NCBI RefSeq assembly: GCF_963921235.1
Contig: NC_086097.1
Span: 98,954,001-99,018,000 of the forward strand
Source of the DNA: Mobula hypostoma
Taxonomy: Eukaryota
Reading direction: 5' to 3'
Length of the DNA stretch: 64,000 bases
A program made the position numbers and the translations under genes. A model generated the notes under the pieces. It worked only from the letters and a program-made list of their open reading frames with translations. It had not been told where the DNA came from and did not search any database. Below are positions 36,172 through 48,649 of this stretch, piece by piece. The stretch's first letter is position 1. Each line of letters opens with the position of its first letter.

Positions 36172-39100
36172 CCAGTGTTAGAAACCTACAGTATGTCCCC
36201 TAGTATTAGACACATACAGTATGTCCCTAGTGTTAGAAACCTGCAGTATGTCCCCAGTGTTAGAAACCTACAGTATGTCACCTAGTGTTAGAAACCTACA
36301 GTATGTTCCTAGTGTTAGAAACCTACAGGATGCCCCCTAGTGTTAGAAACATACAGTATGTCCCTAGTGTTAGAAACATACAGTATGTCCCTTAGTGTTA
36401 GAAATCTACAGTATGTTCCTAGTGTTAGAAACATACAGTATGTCCCTAGTGTTAGAAACCTACAGAATGTCCCTAGTGTTAGAAAACTACAGTATGTTCC
36501 TACTGTTAGAAACCTACAGGATGCCCCCTAGTGTTAGAAACATACAGTATGTCCCTAGTGTTAGAAACCTACAGTATGTTCCTAGTGTTAGAAACATACA
36601 GTATGTCCCCTAGTGTTAGAAACATACAGTATGTCCCTAGTGTTAGAAACCTACAGTATGTTCCCAGTGTTAGAAACCTACAGGATGCCCCCTAGTGTTA
36701 GAAACATACAGTATGTCCCTAGTGTTAGAAACATACAGTATGTCCCTTAGTGTTAGAAACATACAGTATGTCCCCTAGTGTTAGAAACATACAGTATGTC
36801 CCTAGTGTTAGAAACATACAGTATGTCCCTTAGTGTTAGAAATCTACAGTATGTTCCCAGTGTTAGAAACCTACAGTATGTCCCTGGTGTTAGAAACATA
36901 CAGTATGTCCCTAGTGTTAGAAACATACAGTATGTCCCCTAGTGTTAGAAACCTACAGTATGTCCCCTAGTGTTGGAATCCTACAGTATGTCCCCGGTGT
37001 TAGAAACCTACAGTATGTCCCCTAGTGTTAGAAACATACAGTATGTCCCTAGTGTGAGAAACATACAGTATGTCCCCGGTGTTAGAAACCTACAGTATGT
37101 CCCTGGTGTTAGAAATCTACAGTATGTCTCCTTTGTTAGAAACCTACAGTGTGTCCCCTAGTGTTAGAAACCTACAGTATGTCCCCTAGTGTTGGAATCC
37201 TACAGTATGTCCCCGGTGTTAGAAACCTACAGTATGTCCCCTAGTGTTAGAAACATACAGTATGTCCCTAGTGTGAGAAACATACAGTATGTCCCCGGTG
37301 TTAGAAACCTACAGTATGTGCCTGGTGTTAGAAATCTACAGTATGTCTCCTTTGTTAGAAACATACAGTATGTCCCCTAGTGTTAGAAACCTACAGTATG
37401 TCCCTAGTGTTAGAAACCTACAGTATGTTCCTAGTGTTAGAAACCTACAGGATGCCCCCTAGTGTTAGAAACATACAGTATGTCCCTAGTGTTAGAAACA
37501 TACAGTATGTCCCCGGTATTAGAAACCTACAGTATGTCCCTAGTGTTAGAAACATACAGTATGTCCCCTAGTGTTAGAAACTTACAGTCTGTTCCTATTG
37601 TTAGAAACATACAGTATGTCCCCTAGTGTTAGAAACATACAGTATGTCCCCGGTGTTAGAAACCTACAGTATGTTCTCGGTGTTAGAAACATACAGTATG
37701 TCCCTAGGATTAGAAACATAAAGTATGTCCCTGGTGTTAGAAATCTACAGTATGTCTCCTTTGTTAGAAACCTACAGTATGCCCCTAGTGTTAGAAACCT
37801 ACAGTATGTCCCTAGTGTTAGAAACCTACAGTATGTGCCTTAGTGTTAGAAACCTACAGTATGTCCCCGGTGTTAGAAACCTACAGTCTGTTCCTAGTGT
37901 TAGAAACATACAGTATGTCCCCTAGTGTTAGAAACATACAGTATGTCCCCGGTGTTAGAAACCTACAGTACGTCCCTAGTGTTAGAAACCTACAGCATGT
38001 CCCTAGTGTTAGAAACCTACAGAATGTTCCTAGTGTTAGAAACCTACAGGATGCCCCCTATTGTTAGAAACATACAGTATGTCCCCTAGTGTTAGAAACA
38101 TACAATATGTCCCGAGTGTGAGAAACATACAGTATGTCCCCGGTGTTAGAAACCTACAGTATGTTCCCGGTGTTAGAAACATACAGTATGTCCCTAGTGT
38201 TAGAAACATACAGTATGTCCCTAGTGTTAGAAACCTACAGTATGTCCCCTAATGTTAGAAACCTACGGGATGTCCCTAGTGTTAGAAACATACAGTATGT
38301 CTCCTAGTGTTAGAAACCTACGGGATGTCCCTAGTGTTAGAAACCTACTGCATGTCCCTAGTGTTAGAAACCTACGGGATGTCCCTAGTGTTAGAAACCT
38401 ACAGAATGTTCCTAGTGTTAGAAACCTACAGGATGCCTCCTATTGTTAGAAACATACAGTATGTCCCCTAGTGTTAGAAACATACAGTATGTCCCTAGTG
38501 TGAGAAACCTACAGTATGTCCCCTAATGTTAGAAACCTACGGGATGTCCCTAGTGTTAGAAACATACAGTATGTCTCCTAGTGTTAGAAACCTACGGGAT
38601 GTCCCTAGTGTTAGAAACCTACAGCATGTCCCTAGTGTTAGAAACCTACGGGATGTCCCTAGTGTTAGAAACCTACAGAATGTTCCTAGTGTTAGAAACC
38701 TGCAGGATGCTTCCTATTGTTAGAAACATACAGTATGTCCCCTAGTGCTAGAAACATACAGTATGTCCCTAGTGTGAGAAACATACAGTATGTCCCCGGT
38801 GTTAGAAACCTACAGTATGTTCCCGGTGTTAGAAACATACAGTATGTCCCTAGTGTTAGAAACCTACAGTATGTCCCCTAATGTTAGAAACCTACGGGAT
38901 GTCCCTAGTGTTAGAAACATACAGTATGTCCCCTAGTGTTAGAAACCTACGGGATGTCCCTAGTGTTAGAAACCTACAGCATGTCCCTAGTGTTAGAAAC
39001 CTACGGGATGTCCCTAGTGTTAGAAACCTACAGCATGTCCCTAGTGTTAGAAACCTACAGAATGTTCCTAGTGTTAGAAACCTACAGGATGCCCCCTATT

Positions 39101-42100
39101 GTTAGAAACATACAGTATGTCCCCTAGTGTTAGAAACATACAGTATGTCCCTAGTGTGAGAAACATACAGTATGTCCCCGGTGTTAGAAACCTACAGTAT
39201 GTTCCCAGTGTTAGAAACATACAGTATGTCCCCGGTGTTAGAAACCTACAGTATGTCCCCTAGTGTTAGAAACCTACAGTATGCCCCCAGTGTTAGAAAC
39301 CTACAGTATGTCCCTAGTGTTAGAAACCTACAGTATGTCCCCGGTGTTGGAATCCTACAGTATGTCCCTGGTGTTAGAAACCTACAGTATGTCCCTAGTG
39401 TTAGAAACCTACAGTATGTCCCCTAGTGTTAGAAACCTACGGGATGTCCCTAGTGTTAGAAACATACAGTATGTCCCCTAGTGTTAGAAACTTACAGTCT
39501 GTTCCTATTGTTAGAAACATACTGTATGTCCCCGGTGTTAGAAACCTACAGTATGTTCTCGGTGTTAGAAACATACAGTATGTCCCTAGGTTTAGAAACA
39601 TACAGTATGTCCCCGGTGTTAGAAACCTACAGTATGTTCCCGGTGTTAGAAACATACAGTATGTCCCTAGTGTTAGAAACCTACAGTATGTCCCCTAGTG
39701 TTAGAAACCTACAGGATGCCCCCTATTGTTAGAAACATACAGTATGTCCCCTAGTGTTAGAAACATACAGTATGTCCCTAGTGTGAGAAACATACAGTAT
39801 GTCCCCGGTGTTAGAAACCTACAGTATGTTCCCGGTGTTAGAAACATACAGTATATCCCTAGTGTTACAAACCTACAGTATGTCCCTAGTGTTAGAAACC
39901 TACAGTATGTTCCCTGTGTTAGAAACATACAGTATGTCCCTAGTGTTAGAAAACTACAGTATGTCCCCTAGTGTTAGAAACCTACAGTATGCCCCCAGTG
40001 TTAGAAACCTACAGTATGTCCCTAGTGTTAGAAACCTACAGTATGTCCCCGGTGTTGGAATCCTACAGTATGTCCCTGGTGTTAGAAACCTACAGTGTGT
40101 CCCTAGTGATAGAAACCTACAGTATGTCCCCTAGTGTTAGAAACCTACGGGATGTCCCTAGTGTTAGAAACCTACAGCATGTCCCTAGTGTTAGAAACCT
40201 ACAGCATGTCCCTAGTGTTAGAAACCTACAGAATGTTCCTAGTGTTAGAAACCTACAGGATGCCTCCTATTGTTAGAAACATACAGTATGTCCCCTAGTG
40301 TTAGAAACCTACAGTATGTCCCTAGTGTTAGAAACATACAGTATGTCCCCTAGTGTTAGAAACCTACGGGATGTCCCTAGTGTTAGAAACCTACAGCATG
40401 TCCCTAGTGTTAGAAACCTACAGAATGTTCCTAGTGTTAGAAACCTACAGGATGCCCCCTATTGTTAGAAACATACAGTATGTCCCCTAGTGTTAGGAAC
40501 ATACAGTATGTCCCTAGTGTGAGAAACATACAGTATGTCCCCAGTGTGAGAAACATACAGTATGTACCCTAGTGTTAGAAACCTACAGTATGTCCCCTAT
40601 GTTAGAAACCTACGGGATGTCCCTAGTGTTAGAAACTACAGTATGTCCCCTAGTGTTAGAAACCTACGGGATGTCCCTAGTGTTAGAAACTACAAAATGT
40701 CCTATGTTAGAAACCTACAGTATGTCCCTAGTGTTAGAAACCTACAGGATGCCCCCTATTGTTCGAAACATACAGTATGTTCCCGGTGTTAGAAACATAC
40801 ATTATGTCCCTAGTGTTAGAAACCTACAGTATGTCCCCTAGTGTTAGAAACATACAGTATGTCCCCTAGTGTTAGAAACCTACAGTATGTCCCCGGTGTT
40901 AGAAACATACAGTATGTCCCTAGTGTTAGAAACCTACAGTATGTCCCCTAGTGTTAGAAACCTACAGCATGTCCTTAGTGTTAGAAACCTACGGGATGTC
41001 CCTAGTGTTAGAAACATACAGTATGTCCCTAGTGTTAGAAACCTACAGTATGTCCCCTAGTGTTAGAAACATACAGTATGTCCCCTAGTGTTAGAAACCT
41101 ACAGTATGCCCCCAGTGTTAGAAACCTACAGTATGTCCCTAGTGTTAGAAACCTACAGGATGCCCCCTATTGTTCGAAACATACAGTATGTCCCCTAGTG
41201 TTAGAAACATCTCAGTAGAAAGATGTCCTAGTGTTAGAAACATACAGTATGTCCCCTAGTGTTAGAAACCTACGGGATGTCCCTAGTGTTAGAAACCGAC
41301 AGCATGTCCCTAGTGTTAGAAACCTACAGAATGTTCCTAGTGTTAGAAACCTACAGGATGCCCCCTAGTGTTAGAAACCTACAGTATGTCCCCTAGTGTT
41401 AGAAACCTACAGAATGTCCCTAGTGTTAGAAAACTACAGTATGTCCCTAGTGTTAGAAACCTACAGAATGTTCCTAGTGTTAGAAACCTACAGGATGCCC
41501 CCTATTGTTAGAAACATACAGTATGTCCCCTAGTGTTAGAAACCTACAGTATGTTCCCGGTGTTAGAAACATACAGTATGTCCCTAGTGTTAGAAACCTA
41601 CAGTATGTCCCCTAGTGTTAGAAACCTACAGTATGCCCCCAGTGTTAGAAACCTACAGTATGTCCCTAGTGTTAGAAACCTACAGTATGTCCCCGGTGTT
41701 GGAATCCTACAGTATGTCCCTGGTGTTAGAAACCTACAGTATGTCCCTAGTGTTAGAAACCTACAGTATGTCCCCTAGTGTTAGAAACCTACGGGATGTC
41801 CCTAGTGTTAGAAACATACAGTATGTCCCCTAGTGTTAGAAACTTACAGTCTGTTCCTATTGTTAGAAACATACTGTATGTCCCCGGTGTTAGAAACCTA
41901 CAGTATGTTCTCGGTGTTAGAAACATACAGTATGTCCCTAGGTTTAGAAACATACAGTATGTCCCCGGTGTTAGAAACCTACAGTATGTTCCCGGTGTTA
42001 GAAACATACATTATGTCCCTAGTGTTAGAAATGACAGTATGTCCCCTAGTGTTAGAAACCTACAGGATGCCCCCTATTGTTAGAAACATACAGTATGTCC

Positions 42101-45100
42101 CCTAGTGTTAGAAACATACAGTATGTCCCTAGTGTGAGAAACATACAGTATGTCCCCGGTGTTAGAAACCTACAGTATGTTCCCGGTGTTAGAAACATAC
42201 AGTATATCCCTAGTGTTACAAACCTACAGTATGTCCCTAGTGTTAGAAACCTACAGTATGTTCCCTGTGTTAGAAACATACAGTATGTCCCTAGTGTTAG
42301 AAAACTACAGTATGTCCCCTAGTGTTAGAAACCTACAGTATGCCCCCAGTGTTAGAAACCTACAGTATGTCCCTAGTGTTAGAAACCTACAGTATGTCCC
42401 CGGTGTTGGAATCCTACAGTATGTCCCTGGTGTTAGAAACCTACAGTGTGTCCCTAGTGATAGAAACCTACAGTATGTCCCCTAGTGTTAGAAACCTACG
42501 GGATGTCCCTAGTGTTAGAAACCTACAGCATGTCCCTAGTGTTAGAAACCTACAGCATGTCCCTAGTGTTAGAAACCTACAGAATGTTCCTAGTGTTAGA
42601 AACCTACAGTATATCCCTAGTGTTACAAACCTACAGTATGTCCCTAGTGTTAGAAACCTACAGTATGTTCCCTGTGTTAGAAACATACAGTATGTCCCTA
42701 GTGTTAGAAAACTACAGTATGTCCCCTAGTGTTAGAAACCTACAGCATGTCCCTAGTGTTAGAAACCGACAGCATGTCCCTAGTGTTAGAAACCTACAGA
42801 ATGTTCCTAGTGTTAGAAACCTATGGGATGTCCCTAGTGTTAGAAACATACAGTATGTCCCTAGTGTTAGAAACCTACAGAATGTTCCTAGTGTTAGAAA
42901 CCTATGGGATGTCCCTAGTGTTAGAAACATACAGTATGTCCCTAGTGTTAGAAACCTACAGTATGCCCCCAGTGTTAGAAACCTACAGTATGTCCCCAGT
43001 GTTAGAAACCTACAGTCTGTTCCTAGTGTTGGAAACATACAGTATGTCCCCTAGTGTTAGAAACATACAGTATGTCCCTAGTGTTAGAAACCTACAGTAT
43101 GCCCCCAGTGTTAGAAACCTACAGTATGTCCCCAGTGTTAGAAACCTACAGTCTGTTCCTAGTGTTAGAAACATACACTATGTCCCCTAGTGTTAGAAAC
43201 ATACAGTATGTCCCCGGTGTTAGAAACCTACAGTACGTCCCTAGTGTTAGAAACCTACGGGATGTACCTAGTGTTAGAAACCTACAGCATGTCCCTAGTG
43301 TTAGAAACCTACAGAATGTTCCTAGTGTTAGAAACCTACAGGATGCCCCCTATTGTTAGAAACATACAGTATGTCCCCTAGTGTTAGAAACATACATTAT
43401 GTCCCTAGTGTTAGAAACCTACAGTATGTTCCCGGTGTTAGAAACATACAGTATGTCCCTAGTGTTAGAAACCTACAGTATGTCCCTAGTGTTAGAAACC
43501 TACAGTATGTCCCCTAGTGTTAGAAACCTACGGGATGTCCCTAGTGTTAGAAACATACAGTATGTCCCCTAGTGTTAGAAACCTACAGCATGTCCTTAGT
43601 GTTAGAAACCTACGGGATGTCCCTAGTGTTAGAAACATACAGTATGTCCCTAGTGTTAGAAACCTACAGTATGTCCCCTAATGTTAGAAACCTACGGGAT
43701 GTCCCTAGTGTTAGAAACATACAGTATGTCCCCTAGTGTTAGAAACCTACGGGATGTCCCTCGTGTTAGAAACCTACAGCATGTCCCTAGTGTTAGAAAC
43801 CTACAGAATGTTCCTAGTGTTAGAAACCTACAGGATGCCCCCTATTGTTAGAAACCTACAGTATGTCCCCTAGTGTTAGAAACATACAGTATGTCCCTTG
43901 TGTGAGAAACATACAGTATGTCCCTGGTGTTAGAAACATACAGTATGTCCCTAGTGTTAGAAACCTACAGTATGTCCCCTAGTGTTAGAAACCTACGGGA
44001 TGTCCCTAGTGTTAGAAACATACAGTATGTCCCCTAGTGTTAGAAACCTACAGCATGTCCCTAGTGTTAGAAACCTACAGGATGCCTCCTATTGTTAGAA
44101 ACATACAGTATGTCCCCTAGTGTTAGAAACATACAGTATGTCCCTAGTGTGAGAAACATACAGTATGTCCCCTAGTGTTAGAAACCTACAGTATGTTCCC
44201 GGTGTTAGAAACATACAGTATGTCCCTAGTGTTAGAAACCTACAATATGTCCCCTAATGTTAGAAACCTACGGGATGTCCCTAGTGTTAGAAACATACAG
44301 TATGTCCCCTAGTGTTAGAAACCTACGGGATGTCCCTAGTGTTAGAAACCTACAGCATGTCCCTAGTGTTAGAAACCTACGGGATGTCCCTAGTGTTAGA
44401 AACCTACAGAATGTTCCTAGTGTTAGAAACCTGCAGGATGCTTCCTATTGTTAGAAACATACAGTATGTCCCCTAGTGCTAGAAACATACAGTATGTCCC
44501 TAGTGTGAGAAACATACAGTATGTCCCCGGTGTTAGAAACCTACAGTATGTTCCCGGTGTTAGAAACATACAGTATGTCCCTAGTGTTAGAAACCTACAG
44601 TATGTCCCCTAATGTTAGAAACCTACGGGATGTCACTAGTGTTAGAAATATACAGTATGTCCCCTAGTGTTAGAAACCTACGGGATGTTCCTAGTGTTAG
44701 AAACCTACAGCATGTCCCTAGTGTTAGAAACCTACGGGATGTCCCTAGTGTTAGAAACCTACAGCATGTCCCTAGTGTTAGAAACCTACAGAATGTTCCT
44801 AGTGTTAGAAACCTACAGAATGCCCCCTATTGTTAGAAACATACAGTATGTCCCCTAGTGTTAGAAACATACAGTATGTCCCTAGTGTGAGAAACATACA
44901 GAATGTCCCCGGTGTTAGAAACCTACAGTATGTTCCCGGTGTTAGAAGCATACAGTATGTCCCTAGTGTTAGAAACCTACAGTATGTCCCCTAGTGTTAG
45001 AAACCTACAGTATGCCCCCAGTGTTAGAAACCTACAGTATGTCCCTAGTGTTAGAAACCTACAGGATGTCCCTAGTGTGAGAAACATACAGTATGTCCCT

Positions 45101-47290
45101 GGTGTTAGAAACATACAGTATGTCCCTAGGTTTAGAAACCTACAGTATGCCCCTAGTGTTAGAAACCTACGGGATGTCCCTAGTGTTAGAAACCTACGGG
45201 ATGTCCCTAGTGTTAGAAACATACAGTATGTCCCCTAGTGTTAGAAACCTACAGCATGTCCCTAGTGTTAGAAACCTGCAGGATGCCTCCTATTGTTAGA
45301 AACATACAGTATGTCCCCTAGTGTTAGAAACATACAGTATGTCCCTAGTGTGAGAAACATACAGTATGTCCCCAGTGTTAGAAACCTACAGTATGTTCCC
45401 GGTGTTAGAAACATACAGTATGTCCCTAGTGTTAGAAACCTACAGTATGTCCCCTAATGTTAGAAACCTACGGGATGTCCCTAGTGTTAGAAACATACAG
45501 TATGTCCCCTAGTGTTAGAAACCTACAGCATGTCCCTACTGTTAGAAACCTACGGGATGTCCCTAGTGTTAGAAACCTACAGCATGTCCATAGTGTTAGA
45601 AACCTACAGAATGTTCCTAGTGTTAGAAACCTACAGGATGCCCCCTATTGTTAGAAACATACAGTATGTCCCCTAGTGTTAGAAACATACAGTATGTCCC
45701 TTGTGTGAGAAACATACAGTATGTCCCTGGTGTTAGAAACATACAGTATGTCCCTAGTGTTAGAAACCTACAGTATGTCCCCTAGTGTTAGAAACCTACA
45801 GGATGCCTCCTATTGTTAGAAACATACAGTATGTCCCCTAGTGTTAGAAACATACAGAATGTTCCTAGTGTTAGAAACCTACAGGATGCCCCCTATTGTT
45901 AGAAACATACAGTATGTCCCCTAGTGTTAGAAACATACAGTATGTCCCTAGTGTGAGAAACATACAGTATGTCCCCGGTGTTAGAAACCTACAGTATGTC
46001 CCCTAGTGTTAGAAACATACAGTATGTCCCTAGTGTTAGAAACCTACAGTATGTCCCTAGTGTTAGAAACCTACAGTATGTCCCCTAATGTTAGAAACCT
46101 ACGGGATGTCCCTAGTGTTAGAAACATACAGTATGTCCCCTAGTGTTAGAAACCTACGGGATGTCCCTAGTGTTAGAAACATACAGTATGTCCCCTATTG
46201 TTAGAAACATACAGTATGTCCCCTAGTGTTAGAAACATACAGTATTTTCCCGGTGTTAGAAACCTACAGTATGTTCCCGGTGTTAGAAACATACAGTATG
46301 TCCCTAGTGTTAGAAACATACAGTATGTCCCCTAGTGTTAGAAACCTACAGTATGCCCCCAGTGTTAGAAACCTACAGTATGTCCCCGGTGTTGGAATCC
46401 TACAGTATGTCCCTGGTGTTAGAAACCTACAGTATGTCCCCTAGTGTTAGAAACCTACGGGATGTCCCTAGTGTTAGAAACATACAGTATGTCCCCTAAT
46501 GTTAGAAACCTACGGGATGTCCCTAGTGTTAGAAACCTACAGCATGTCCCTAGTGTTAGAAACCTACGGGATGTCCCTAGTGTTAGAAACCTACAGCATG
46601 TCCCTAGTGTTAGAAACCTACAGAATGTTCCTAGCGTTAGAAACCTACAGGATGCCCCCTATTGTTAGAAACATACAGTATGTCCCCTAGTGTTAGAAAC
46701 ATACAGTATGTCCCTAGTGTGAGAAACATACAGTATGTCCCCGGTGTTAGAAACCTACAGTATGTTCCCGGTGTTAGAAACATACAGTATGTCCCTAGTG
46801 TTAGAAACATACAGTATGTCCCCTAGTGTTAGAAACCTACAGTATGCCCCCGGTGTTAGAAACCTACAGTATGTCCCTAGTGTTAGAAACATACAGTATG
46901 TCCCCGGTGTTGGAATCCTACAGTATGTCCCTGGTGTTAGAAACCTACAGTATGTCCCTAGTGTTAGAAACCTACAGGATGTCCCTAGTGTTAGAAACCT
47001 ACGGGATGTCCCTAGTGTTAGAAACCGACAGCATGTCCCTAGTGTTAGAAACCTACAGAATGTTCCTAGTGTTAGAAACCTATGGGATGTCCCCAGTGTT
47101 AGAAACATACAGTATGTCCCCAGTGTTGGAATCCTACAGCATGTCCCTAGTGTTAGAAACCTACAGAATGTTCCTCGTGTTAGAAACCTACGGGATGTCC
47201 CTAGTGTTAGAAGCTACAGGATGTCCCTAGCGTTAGAAGCTACAGGATGCCCCTGGTGTTAGTAAAGTATGCCTCTAGCATTAGAAGCTC
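36172..47290. repeat. About 11.1-kb satellite, 27/28-bp unit, roughly 400 copies
   Basis: Unit CCTAGTGTTAGAAAC(C/A)TACAGTATGTC(C) with recurring variants. It fills most of the 14.2-kb intron 33295-47477. Confidence 0.98.
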
Positions 47291-47477
47291 AGAGAAGGCA
47301 GTGTTTGCTAAACTGCCTAACTGCAGATTAGAATGAATGAAATAGGAAGCTTCAAATTAGCCGCTTTCAACACAACGGAAGCCACATTTATAGTACAATA
47401 TGTTCCTTCTGAATCAGTTTACTAGGACAGGACATTGCTTCTGAACTTGTGGTAGTTCTTATTTCCGACAAACTCAC

Positions 47478-47664
47478 CTGATGCTTCTTCTGCAAGTTCT
47501 GCACAGCGTTCAGAGATTGTCCCATTTCCTTGGCTGAAGCCACTTGGATCTTCTCCTGAACCCAGGCCAGCTCAGCGTCAAGGTCCCGGAAGAACTGATA
47601 AAGCAGCATGCTTGCCTCCAGTCTCTTGCGCCTTTCCTTGATCGGATCACCGAGTGCCCGATAC
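47478..47664 (-). CDS. SPTBN5: SPTBN5 exon: (R)YRALGDPIKERRKRLEAS...NLQKKHQ
   Basis: Acceptor TTTTGCTCAG|G, donor CAG|GTGAGT. 187 nt, phase 2 to 0. Confidence 0.92.
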
Positions 47665-47699
47665 CTGAGCAAAAGGAAATGGCAAAATCCCACTGACAC

Positions 47700-47875
47700 A
47701 CCTGTATAACAATTAACCTACTGATGTGTCTGCCTTTAGAATGTGGCAGGAAGTTGAAGCACCTGGAGGAAACACACACAGTCACTGTGAGAAGGCTTAA
47801 CCTCCTTGCAGGCAGCAGTGGAATTGACACTGTAATAACGTTACACTAAGCCCTGTGTTACCATGCTACCCCATG
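47700..47875 (-). mobile_element. tRNA-derived SINE (V-SINE/HE1-like), decayed
   Basis: tttagaatgtggcaggaag..agcacctggaggaaacacacacagtcac..ctccttgcaggcagcagtggaattga. Confidence 0.68.
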
Positions 47876-48129
47876 TCTGACAAAGGAAATGCAAAAATTC
47901 CTGCTTGGTACAGTCCCACACGTGAGTGAGGCTGTGATACAGGGTACCGCTGATGACAAATAGGCTTCAGAGCTGAAGCTGTACGACGATTAAAAGGTGA
48001 AGTTGGACAAAGAAAGTAGACAATTCTATTCCCCAAGGGTCAGTGCTGACCACTTCTTTCAAAGTAAACATAAATAATTTAGATATGAGTGCATAATGTA
48101 GAATTTCAGAATTGAAAGATAACATTAGA

Positions 48130-48485
48130 CTTTAGGATGTTGTGGAGAAAGGGGACCTTCAGCCCAACTTATTCATGCTAGCCAGGAGCCCTCCTGAGCT
48201 AGTCCCACATGCCTGCACTGGTCCCGTTTCCTTCAAACCTTTCCTATCCATGTACAGTACCTGTCCAAGTGTCCTCTAAACACTGCCTCTACCCCTTCCT
48301 CTGTCAGCTCACCTACTTCTTCCTCTGTGTGAAAAACCACTTCAAATTTCCCCCCTCTTCCCTTAAACCTGTGCCCTCTAGACTTAGACTCCTTGACTCT
48401 TGGAAAATGTTGTCTTATCAAAGCCCCTCATGGTTTTGTAAACCTGTAAATGGTTACCATTTAGCCTCCTTTGCTTGAGGGAGAA
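48130..48485 (-). mobile_element. CR1 3' fragment
   Basis: FPRVKESKSRGHRFK..FRGHLDRY. Confidence 0.7.
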
Positions 48486-48649
48486 TGGTTTCTCCTTGGA
48501 ATGTAATTGTGGTAACCGAGTCACTGGCAGTGAGGAGACCAGCAACAGTCTGCTTGAGTCAAAGTGCTGATCTCCAGAGGTGAAGTGGGAGAGACTGCCC
48601 TGGGCATCGAGGCACTATTTGACCTAGAGTAGTATCGGGGATCCCTGGT

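Noticed and set aside
36340..47262. Dozens of short LETYSMS / VRNLQYVP ORFs
   Set aside because: Satellite translations broken by each 28-bp unit.
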